From NCBI GenBank assembly GCA_963514625.1, contig CAUPTB010000001.1, positions 57,890 through 121,889 of the forward strand: 64,000 bases of DNA, read 5' to 3'. Below, piece after piece: positions 18,295 to 25,795 of this stretch. How positions within the stretch are numbered: position 1 is the stretch's first letter; every line of letters begins with the position of its first letter. The notes beneath the pieces are model-generated. The model ran no database searches. It saw only the letters and a program-made list of their open reading frames with translations, and was not told where the DNA came from. The position numbers and the translations under genes were made by a program. The stretch is from an uncultured Candidatus Saccharibacteria bacterium (lineage in GTDB: Bacteria; Patescibacteriota; Saccharimonadia; Saccharimonadales; Saccharimonadaceae).

Positions 18295-18552
18295 ACTATT
18301 TCTCCTTTCCGAGATTATAGCATGCGTTCAGGTGTGCTGGGGTATGAGCCAATTGACCCGGCTACAGCATGAAACCTGATTATCTCTTTCACACCCACTC
18401 TACTTATTTCTTTCATGATGTAGGATGGGGGGGTAACCGAAATTATGGGCTAACGACTAACAAGTGGGTAACCTTATTTATGAGATAATGCGGCACCCTG
18501 CTTTTTAGCAGGGAGACTGGTATACTAAGAGTAGTAACTAATAGGAGGTATT

Positions 18553-18948
18553 ATGAAGGGTTTTAGTGCAAATATCGAGCAATTGACGCTGGCGAACGAT
18601 AACTTTCGTCAAGTGCTCTACACCGCCAAGCATTGTCAGCTGGTGCTGATGAGCTTGCCGGTCGGCGGTGAGATTGGCTCGGAAGTTCATGATGAGAACG
18701 ATCAATTCTTTCGCTTTGAAGCCGGTCAGGGCAAAGTGCTAATCGATGGCAACGAATATGCCGTGTCTGACGGCGGTGCCATCATCGTGCCTGCGGGTGC
18801 TGAGCATAACGTCATCAATACCGGCGATAAACCGCTAAAACTGTATACCATCTACAGCCCGGCGCACCACAAAGACGGCATCGTCAGGGCGACACGCCAA
18901 GAAGCCGAGGCTAACGAAGAAGACTTTGATGGCGTAACGACTGAGTAA
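18553..18948 (+). CDS. Cupin-domain protein
   Basis: G.EIGSEVHDENDQFF...G..IIVPAGAEHNVIN cupin motifs. RBS AGGAGG lies upstream. Confidence 0.7.
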   Translation: MKGFSANIEQLTLANDNFRQVLYTAKHCQLVLMSLPVGGEIGSEVHDENDQFFRFEAGQGKVLIDGNEYAVSDGGAIIVPAGAEHNVINTGDKPLKLYTIYSPAHHKDGIVRATRQEAEANEEDFDGVTTE

Positions 18949-19203
18949 GGTAATTTTCTCGGCGGTTTTTATGTGGTGGGTTGCGTGAATCAGTGTGGCT
19001 GATATGTCATGCCTCGGGTATGTTGCGTAAGGAGAAAATCTTGGTCACACTTGCACCCTTTATTACATACCGCATTTCCCAATCCAAAGACTGACACTCG
19101 TGTGTGAAACGGGAAATTCGCTATGCGAGGGGATCTTAGAGGGATGCAAATCCGTTAGGATTTGTAACGAAAAGTTGCTCACCCAGCGGTGGGCTGACTT
19201 TTC

Positions 19204-19436
19204 GTTATAGTTCCCTGACAATTTGGATAGTTGTATAATCACACTATTATAGTACCTCACCCCGCCCGTGTTATAGTTCCCTGACAATTTGGATAGTTGT
19301 ATAATCAGTCTTGGGGACGAATACCAGGGCGAGAAGTTATAGTTCCCTGACAATTTGGATAGTTGTATAATCAGCAAAGCTATGCCCGGCCAGCCCGACT
19401 GTTATAGTTCCCTGACAATTTGGATAGTTGTATAAT
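19204..19436 (+). CRISPR. CRISPR array, 4 repeats and 3 spacers (type II-C)
   Basis: The 36-nt repeat GTTATAGTTCCCTGACAATTTGGATAGTTGTATAAT occurs at 19204, 19270, 19336 and 19401. Spacers are 30, 30 and 29 nt. The strand is assigned from the GTT...AAT repeat polarity and from tracrRNA complementarity. Confidence 0.95.
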
Positions 19437-19444
19437 ACTCACTC

Positions 19445-19473
19445 AAAATCCCCTCTGTTACAGAGGGGATTTT
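19445..19473. terminator. Bidirectional intrinsic terminator between the CRISPR array and cas2
   Basis: Perfect palindrome AAAATCCCCTCTG-TTA-CAGAGGGGATTTT with U tracts on both strands. The cas2 stop is at 19477. Confidence 0.8.
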
Positions 19474-19476
19474 AGT

Positions 19477-19806
19477 TTAGAAAAATGATAGTTGGTTGGC
19501 TTTAACGAGTTCTTCTTGGTCAGTTTTCTCGCCTAGGATGATGAACATAGTAGCGAACTGACGCTCGGTGACGAGAAGCGCCCGGATAGAGCCTTTGGTA
19601 TCCGCTGGTGTATTTTTAGTGACTCTGGTGAGATGCTTCATGGCTACGTCTCGATTAGGGCACAGCCTGCTGTAGACGCTGAATTGGAGCATATCAAAGC
19701 CATCCCCAACTAAAAAGTTGCGGAATTGACTAGCTTGCTTGCGCTCAGCTTTCGTTCCTGTGGGCAAATCAAATAGTACCAACACACGCATATAACGGTA
19801 GCTCAT
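19477..19806 (-). CDS. cas2: CRISPR-associated endoribonuclease Cas2
   Basis: MSYRYMRVLVLFDLPT is a typical type II Cas2 N-terminus. The ORF-track N-terminal extension overlaps cas1 and was discarded. Confidence 0.9.
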   Translation of the reverse strand: MSYRYMRVLVLFDLPTGTKAERKQASQFRNFLVGDGFDMLQFSVYSRLCPNRDVAMKHLTRVTKNTPADTKGSIRALLVTERQFATMFIILGEKTDQEELVKANQLSFF

Positions 19807-19819
19807 GATTAAGATTAAC

Positions 19820-20716
19820 TTAGCGATTAAACTTGGGCAATTGAAGCGAGTCGGGTGACTTGTCGCCAATAGCCTGCACTAGGCTGCTGACGGTTAAGTC
19901 TATGGCGTCTCGTACTGTAAACTGCTTATCTTTGATAATAGCATAATCATTGAGAATGTCAAGGGACGACCGCCGATCTTCTTTAGTTAGTCTGCTGTCA
20001 CTCAAGTCTAAGCGCTGGTCGGCCAATTTTGACAAGACAAAGTGGTCAACTATTGCCCTATAGGGTTCAATCAGATCATCGGCTAAGTTAAAGCTATTCA
20101 GCTCGCTATGGTGAAAGAGCCCTAGCGATGGGATGAGTCCTCGACTAGCGATATGTCTGGCAACTAAGCTGCGGACGATAGCATATGAATAGTTAAGTGC
20201 TGAATTATACCAGGTCGGCTGGCGTCTGGTGGCATCCGCCAGTAGAGTGTCGAAATATATACGGGCAGCGATAGACTCTCGATTAGTGGTATCACCACTG
20301 CGAACCTCGGTGGCTAGCTTGATGAGCTGTCCAGCTTGCTCAGTATGTCTAAATGCGGTCAGGACCTGGGCTTGGTTAATGATCTTCTGCTTGACGATAG
20401 CCTGCCATAGATTCTTACGCAGTGGCTGAGACATCTCTAGCTGCATGCGGGATACTTTGGCTTGGCGAGAGTGCTGTGACAATGGTTCAATTACTGAGCA
20501 GGGCGTATGCTGGTGGTCGCAAATGATGGTCGTGACATTATGTGTGGCAAGTTCGCCGAGGAGATTGGCGGTCATGGTCACGGCGTAGCTATCGATAAGT
20601 AGCGTATCGATATCTTCTATCGGTAGCTTAGCACTCTTGTCACCCTTGATGACCAAACTCCCCTGTTCCAGGCTTAGATGAGCCTGGTTCTCTATAGCTA
20701 CAACTCGCCACCCCAT
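19820..20716 (-). CDS. cas1: CRISPR-associated endonuclease Cas1
   Basis: About 298 aa between cas9 and cas2 with type II Cas1-like sequence. The start is set at MGWRVVAIEN (ATG 20716), just after the cas9 stop. Confidence 0.9.
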   Translation of the reverse strand: MGWRVVAIENQAHLSLEQGSLVIKGDKSAKLPIEDIDTLLIDSYAVTMTANLLGELATHNVTTIICDHQHTPCSVIEPLSQHSRQAKVSRMQLEMSQPLRKNLWQAIVKQKIINQAQVLTAFRHTEQAGQLIKLATEVRSGDTTNRESIAARIYFDTLLADATRRQPTWYNSALNYSYAIVRSLVARHIASRGLIPSLGLFHHSELNSFNLADDLIEPYRAIVDHFVLSKLADQRLDLSDSRLTKEDRRSSLDILNDYAIIKDKQFTVRDAIDLTVSSLVQAIGDKSPDSLQLPKFNR

Positions 20717-20726
20717 AGTCTCTAAT

Positions 20727-23700
20727 CTAATCCCACTTATAGTTATCACCTAGGACGTTGATGTCGAGGCGTTCTATGAGAGAAGCGGAGCGAGGTGAGA
20801 TTTGTATTAATGAGTCAGCTTCTTTGCTGGCGGCGTATTGTTTCATAACCTGCATGGCACCATTATTGACGTTAAAGCTCGTATAATATCCCTCTTTGAT
20901 TTTATTGCCAAAATAGCACCTCACATAATCATTCGGATACAGTGAACACACTTTGGTGAATGTTTCGTCGATGTCAGTAAATCCTTTGGGCGCCGGTAAA
21001 ATCTTTGTCGGCGCAGGCTTATTTTTGCCGACTTGATGTGCGTAAACCGGTACAAAGAAGTGCTCGATCTTCCCTTTCTTATTTGGTCTTCGATATACGT
21101 CAAGTCGCACCATAGATCCGTTATTGACGAATGCTTTGCCTTTATTAATGAAGAAGCCGCTTGGTTGTGTTGAGTATACTTTGATGGTTGAGACCGGCGA
21201 TAGTTGTTTGCCGTTTTTGTCGTATTTTTTATCATTCTTGTAAATAGGTTCGGCGAAAGCTTTTTCGGGGTTGTCATCATGGTTATCCAGTCTTTCAAGT
21301 AGTTTATCGTACAGCCATTGATCAGATTCCTTTAGTACAGAATTCTCGACATCCTTTCGCTTTACTTTACTTAGTGGCATCCGTACAGTTCGCTGGTCAC
21401 CGTCTTTAGCCTTTGGTGAGCGGATAGTATCTTTGTGTGCTCGTGCGGTGGCTTTGCGTCGTGGCATGCGTGAAACGAAGATCGGCTTTACGCTCAGCCT
21501 GAACTCATCATCATAATTATCAAGTCCACGCAATTCATTTTGCAGTGTTGCGATATCGGTATTAAGGGTGCGTTTCATCACCTCCTTGCTAAAGTCCGAC
21601 CACGGCTGAGGAAAATGATTCTTAGTCTCTTCATCGCTGCGAAGCTTGAAATATTCAGCCTCAGCCAAGTCCTTTTGAGCTTTTAAGAATGCGTCTTCAT
21701 CGGTAATCTCACCGGTATCTTTATCGGTAGACTGCAATAAGATTTGTCGTTTCTTGTCAATCGTATTTGCGTTGACCAGATACTGCTCCATTTCCTGTTC
21801 TTTGGAGAAGAGATTTGCCTGATAGACAATCCTCATGTCGATCGCCGCTACGACCGCTGCATCTTTGGCGTGATGTAAGACATCGTCGGTGCGATCCTTG
21901 GCAAGCCCCCAACGCTTACGCAAGTATGCAGTGGTCGTACCGTTCGGTGCAACGACGCGCTGTTTCTCTTCGCCCTCGGCAAAATCAACCATCTGACTCA
22001 AGTAATTCTGGACGAATCGTGTGATGTATCGTGTGTCGTTCAAGGCACGCACGTTCCAGCTATCATTCTTGTAGACTTGCAGGAGCAGATTTTGCTTCTT
22101 TCTCATGGCATAGCCGTTATATTTGTAGTTGGCGACATTGGTAGCCTTGTCTGCTGTCTTGACATCACGTGTTTTATAGATTGCCTCGACACGTGCTGCG
22201 TATTCTTTCCATCGTTGATCATCGGCACCGAAGTATTCAAAAGGAGTTTTATTGCTCTTCTTCTGATTTTCTTCTGTCAATACCAGAACCTTATTGGCCA
22301 TGCCGTCGTTATTGGAGCGTGAGAACGGTACGATGTGGTCTATCTGATAGGCATTGTCATCACGGAGCATCGTCTCGAAGTCAATCGGCTTTCCGGAGTA
22401 TAAGCAAACGCCATTTTGTTCGCGGTAGAGCTCAACTTTAATAATCTGCTGACCGGTTGGAGTTATGATATTGTTTTCATTCAGTGTCTGAATAATACTC
22501 TGGTTGTGCGCTTGATTTTCCTTATTTTCATTTTCGATTGCCTTGCGGTCTTTGAAATTCTTTGCTAGGTCACGAGCAGTCTCAACCTTGATAAAGTATG
22601 GCTTGCCGTATTTGCGTTCAATAGCACGAACGACTTTCAATGTCTGAGTGATAGCACGTTTGACGACAGGGTTGGTAATCTGCTCTAGGCTGACGGATTG
22701 CTTTTTGAAGTCGTAGCCAGCTGCCTCGCAGGCTTTGTCGTAAGTCATACCTTCGAGAAGGTTTTTCGTGATTTTCTGCAGAGCCTTAATCGATAGATGA
22801 CCAAATGCTTTGAAGTTAGTCGGCTTGATTCGGATGATAGCCTCCTTAGCTTTGTCGGAGAGTGGTAGTTGATTTAGCTCGGTGCGAATACCTTGATCGG
22901 CTTTTTGTGTAGTTAGAATATAGGCAACTTGGTTGATCATCGTCTCGTTATCAATCTTTGCCCAGTCTTCCGGCAGATCTTTTAGTGCCGATCTGATGTC
23001 GCTATATGCTTTTAGTCCGCCAAAGGTGTTACCTTCACCGAACTCGTCGCCGTCTTTTTTCTTACCACGCACATCCTTCGGCACGTAATCATCGCTAATT
23101 CCTGCTATGCTACGTACCTTTTTATACGTTAGCCCCTTTTGATTCTTGGCTGCATCAATGACCTTTCTGATTTGTTCCGATGATAATTTGATTTCTAAAT
23201 TCTCTCGTTTAGCCTGGCGCTTGCTGGCGTTGCGGGGAATGAAAACTAGGTGTGATAAATCACTTGCCAGGCGAAATACCTCGAAACTGTAGCTGGCTTT
23301 CGGAGCGCGCTTCTCGCCTTTCTCAAACGTACATTCACCGACCATCTTTTCGATCAGTTCCTTGGTCATGAATGGACGTTGGTACATGATAGCGTTCACG
23401 TTGGTAACCTGTCCGTCGTTGATACCGTAGACCAACTCGTTGATAGCCTGCTCCGAGACATCCTTTAGAGCGTAATTCCGCTGAGCCCTGATAATGGCTT
23501 CCAGTTCACGCAGAAAGTCGTTGCGAGCAAAGCTATTAGTATAGTTGTCTCGTTTATTGCGTTTATGCGGGGCAAATTTTTCGTCGTGATTGAGGGCGTC
23601 ACCGACGGTGGCGTAGCCATTCTCAGTCAGGAATTTTTCGTTGGTTTTGAGGGCGCTGGTCACACGACCGTCCTCCTTGTCTGATTCCTCTACCACCTTG

Positions 23701-24101
23701 CGGTTAGACTTGAAACCACGTCGTTTGGCGATCTGATATATGACTTTGAGCAGCTCCTCGGGTGTTAATTCTTCGGTGAGCGCTTTTGATCGTAAAGCAT
23801 AAACGTCCAGCTTATTGTAATCGGATTCAGGATCTAATACTTCTTCAACTTGATCTTTGGTGAGGATGTTTTGGTCGATGAAGAATTGCTTGAGATGATT
23901 GAGGCGTTGACGACGACGCTTCAGTCGACGACGAGCCGATCGTGCATCACGTCGAGGCTTAGCTAGTGAATCGCCATTCTGCGGGTCTTCCGGCCGCTCA
24001 AAGATTCTTACTCCCAGGTCGTGAATCCGTTCCTTTTCTAAGTCAAGCACTGCCCAGCCTACTGAGCTGGTGCCGATATCCAGTCCAAGTGAATATTTCA
24101 T
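20727..24101 (-). CDS. cas9: Cas9 (type II-C size class, 1124 aa)
   Basis: RuvC-I MKYSLGLDIGTSSVGWAVL; Arg-rich bridge helix RRDARSARRRLKRRRQRL; RuvC-II IKVETARDL; HNH YQIDHIVPFSRSNNDGMANKVLVLTEENQKKSNKTP; RuvC-III HHAKDAAVVA. No csn2 or cas4 is present. Confidence 0.95.
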   Translation of the reverse strand: MKYSLGLDIGTSSVGWAVLDLEKERIHDLGVRIFERPEDPQNGDSLAKPRRDARSARRRLKRRRQRLNHLKQFFIDQNILTKDQVEEVLDPESDYNKLDVYALRSKALTEELTPEELLKVIYQIAKRRGFKSNRKVVEESDKEDGRVTSALKTNEKFLTENGYATVGDALNHDEKFAPHKRNKRDNYTNSFARNDFLRELEAIIRAQRNYALKDVSEQAINELVYGINDGQVTNVNAIMYQRPFMTKELIEKMVGECTFEKGEKRAPKASYSFEVFRLASDLSHLVFIPRNASKRQAKRENLEIKLSSEQIRKVIDAAKNQKGLTYKKVRSIAGISDDYVPKDVRGKKKDGDEFGEGNTFGGLKAYSDIRSALKDLPEDWAKIDNETMINQVAYILTTQKADQGIRTELNQLPLSDKAKEAIIRIKPTNFKAFGHLSIKALQKITKNLLEGMTYDKACEAAGYDFKKQSVSLEQITNPVVKRAITQTLKVVRAIERKYGKPYFIKVETARDLAKNFKDRKAIENENKENQAHNQSIIQTLNENNIITPTGQQIIKVELYREQNGVCLYSGKPIDFETMLRDDNAYQIDHIVPFSRSNNDGMANKVLVLTEENQKKSNKTPFEYFGADDQRWKEYAARVEAIYKTRDVKTADKATNVANYKYNGYAMRKKQNLLLQVYKNDSWNVRALNDTRYITRFVQNYLSQMVDFAEGEEKQRVVAPNGTTTAYLRKRWGLAKDRTDDVLHHAKDAAVVAAIDMRIVYQANLFSKEQEMEQYLVNANTIDKKRQILLQSTDKDTGEITDEDAFLKAQKDLAEAEYFKLRSDEETKNHFPQPWSDFSKEVMKRTLNTDIATLQNELRGLDNYDDEFRLSVKPIFVSRMPRRKATARAHKDTIRSPKAKDGDQRTVRMPLSKVKRKDVENSVLKESDQWLYDKLLERLDNHDDNPEKAFAEPIYKNDKKYDKNGKQLSPVSTIKVYSTQPSGFFINKGKAFVNNGSMVRLDVYRRPNKKGKIEHFFVPVYAHQVGKNKPAPTKILPAPKGFTDIDETFTKVCSLYPNDYVRCYFGNKIKEGYYTSFNVNNGAMQVMKQYAASKEADSLIQISPRSASLIERLDINVLGDNYKWD

Positions 24102-24149
24102 AACGTCATTATAACCTTTTCCGGTTATGTGGTACATAGGTGCAAATAG

Positions 24150-24276
24150 ACAAAGACACACAAAGATAATCCGCCTCACGAGGAGACGGAATTACTTTGC
24201 TTTAGTATTTCTACTAAATTATTATAGAAACCTAAGCAATTCAGATAGTTATACAATCATGCTCCCATGAGTGTAC
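24150..24276 (-). ncRNA. Predicted tracrRNA
   Basis: The anti-repeat at 24221-24257 (minus strand) is complementary to the plus-strand repeat transcript. It is followed by the hairpins UUUAGUA-GAAA-UACUAAA and CCGUCUC-CUCGU-GAGGCGG (24171-24189) and a U-rich tail. The promoter lies immediately upstream. The ends are approximate. Confidence 0.7.
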
Positions 24277-24282
24277 ATTCTC

Positions 24283-24310
24283 ATTATAGAGTATCAAGGC
24301 CGGATTGCAA
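24283..24310 (-). promoter_or_regulatory. Sigma70-type promoter for the tracrRNA
   Basis: On the minus strand: TTGCAA (24310-24305), a 16-nt spacer, then TATAAT (24288-24283). Confidence 0.6.
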
Positions 24311-24756
24311 TAGCCGAGTGTCTTCTCGGGTTGGTCGGTGCTTATCGGTATCATGCCGGGCTTGCCCAGCACCCAGCGGGATGCATGATGCTCTGCTGTC
24401 CAGGCGAAAAGGTGCACAGTCATGTTTTGTCATAGTCAGCTAGCTTAGCTAACGCATCAGCTGGGCTGTCGGGCCTGCCCAGCTGATGCTAGTGAAATCA
24501 ACTTGCCATGATAAGTGTGATTACGCAACTTTCTTACTTGAGCGAGCATAGCACTAAGTATCCTGCTGGCTTTACTTTCCTGTCAAATGTGTCATGATAG
24601 TAGTGCTGTAGGTGGGTGCGGTGTACTTTATGATGAAGTGGATGGATGTGTCTGTGGTCTCGCCGGGTGCAGGTCTCTCCTGCTCCCCGTGAGGTCGCAG
24701 ACAGGCTGTGACCAAAACCGATGGCGTCGATAGATGTCATCAGAGAGGAGGCCGAC

Positions 24757-25107
24757 ATGTCGGTCAAAAAGAGTCACGGGGCGCTGAAGGCAAGTGCCAT
24801 TATCGCCCTGGGCAGCGGTTTCCCTCAATATGAGGGGGACGTCGACCTAAACGAAATCGGTCAGTGGATTCTAGAAGAGTCCGATGGTGGTAAGCTCAAA
24901 AATGTCACTTTTTCTCTGGTGCGCCAGACGTGCCAGGGGAAACTGGGTGGCTCCCAGGTCGCATTGCGACTTGAGTATTACCTGTGGGGAGGTAACCCAC
25001 GATTGAGGGGCAAGTTCTTTGACTTCGTGGAAGCCATGATGGGGCGTTTGAATCAGTCTTGCGCTAGTGCGCAGATCGGAGGTGATGTCTATCGTATTGA
25101 GTTGTAG
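24757..25107 (+). CDS. Hypothetical protein divergent from the cas9/tracrRNA locus
   Basis: The ATG at 24757 lies 6 nt after GAGGAGG. A terminator with a UUCG tetraloop follows the gene. No motif recognised. Confidence 0.55.
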   Translation: MSVKKSHGALKASAIIALGSGFPQYEGDVDLNEIGQWILEESDGGKLKNVTFSLVRQTCQGKLGGSQVALRLEYYLWGGNPRLRGKFFDFVEAMMGRLNQSCASAQIGGDVYRIEL

Positions 25108-25130
25108 CCAGTGTCCATTCACTTCTCGGA

Positions 25131-25160
25131 GGGGCGATGTTCGCATCGCCCCGTATTTCT
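25131..25160 (+). terminator. Intrinsic terminator
   Basis: GGGGCGATG-TTCG-CATCGCCCC followed by GUAUUUCUU. Confidence 0.75.
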
Positions 25161-25177
25161 TCCCCAAGACGCTTACG

Positions 25178-25204
25178 CTGGCACTCTTGACGAGGGAGTG
25201 CCAA
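25178..25204. promoter_or_regulatory. CIRCE-like inverted repeat (HrcA operator candidate) overlapping the hsp20 promoter
   Basis: CTGGCACTC-N9-GAGTGCCAA compared with the CIRCE consensus TTAGCACTC-N9-GAGTGCTAA. The N9 contains TTGACG, which sits 17 nt upstream of TATACT (25210-25215). Confidence 0.6.
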
Positions 25205-25256
25205 CTAGCTATACTACTAGCAGATGGTGATACCATCATAATAAAAGGAGGAAGAT

Positions 25257-25688
25257 ATGAGCAGTTTAATCAAGTATGATGACCCGTTTGAGGAGCTAAA
25301 TAGCTTGCAGCGCCGCTTCTTCGGTGACGATCTGCTATTACCGACTATGACCAGCAACATTCCGGTGACTGATGTATACCAGAAGGCGGGTAACCTGGTG
25401 GTCGAGACCCACATGCCCAACTTTGATAAAGAAGATGTCGACATCAGCATCGACAAGGACAATCTGGTGATCAGCGCCGAGCGTCATGATAAGGAAGAAG
25501 ACGAGGATAAGAAGTACTTTGTGCGAGAGAGCTCGAATAGCTTCTATCGCTCCATCACTCTACCTGAGCGGGCTGACCGAGAGGCGATCAAAGCAGATAT
25601 GGTTGATGGCAAGCTAGTGGTCACTATCCCAATGGCCAAGCTACCTGAGCCACACAAGATCGCTATCGGTGACGGCAAGAAGAAATAG
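25257..25688 (+). CDS. Small heat-shock protein (Hsp20/alpha-crystallin)
   Basis: Alpha-crystallin-domain pattern (PVTDVYQ....LVVE..MP.F.KEDVDISID.DNLVISAER...F.RSITLPE......I.A....G.L.V.IP). RBS AAAGGAGG. Confidence 0.85.
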   Translation: MSSLIKYDDPFEELNSLQRRFFGDDLLLPTMTSNIPVTDVYQKAGNLVVETHMPNFDKEDVDISIDKDNLVISAERHDKEEDEDKKYFVRESSNSFYRSITLPERADREAIKADMVDGKLVVTIPMAKLPEPHKIAIGDGKKK

Positions 25689-25742
25689 TTAGCTCGCTAG
25701 CTACCCGTGAACTGCCGTTATCCACCACCGGCAGTTAGCCTA

Positions 25743-25785
25743 CCCGACCTCCAGCCATCAAGGTGAGGGGTCGGGCTTTTCTTTT
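25743..25785 (+). terminator. Intrinsic terminator after hsp20
   Basis: CCCGACC...GGTCGGG stem followed by CUUUUCUUUU. Confidence 0.65.
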
Positions 25786-25795
25786 ATTGCCGGCC

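Noticed and set aside
19138-19173. Possible degenerate fifth CRISPR repeat upstream of repeat 1 (…TTAGGATTTGTAACGA…)
   Set aside because: Only about 12 of 36 positions can be aligned (GGAT..TTGTA.A). The region forms its own small hairpin (CAAATCC-GTTA-GGATTTG). The similarity is too weak to call without alignment statistics.
19063-19377. 104-aa minus-strand ORF with an internally repeated peptide (IIQLSKLSGNYN)
   Set aside because: It is the translation of the CRISPR repeats, and the periodic peptide merely reflects the 66-nt repeat-spacer period.
19240-19400. Self-targeting by the three spacers within this window
   Set aside because: Visual search found only short chance matches of 10 nt or less (for example GCCAGCCCGA near 63745), so there is no protospacer in the window.
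24102-24179. N-terminal 26-aa extension of the Cas9 ORF (MRRIIFVCLCLF...)
   Set aside because: The canonical RuvC-I start MKYSLGLDIGT begins at ATG 24101 with a TATAAT box 6 nt upstream. The extension overlaps the predicted tracrRNA terminator.
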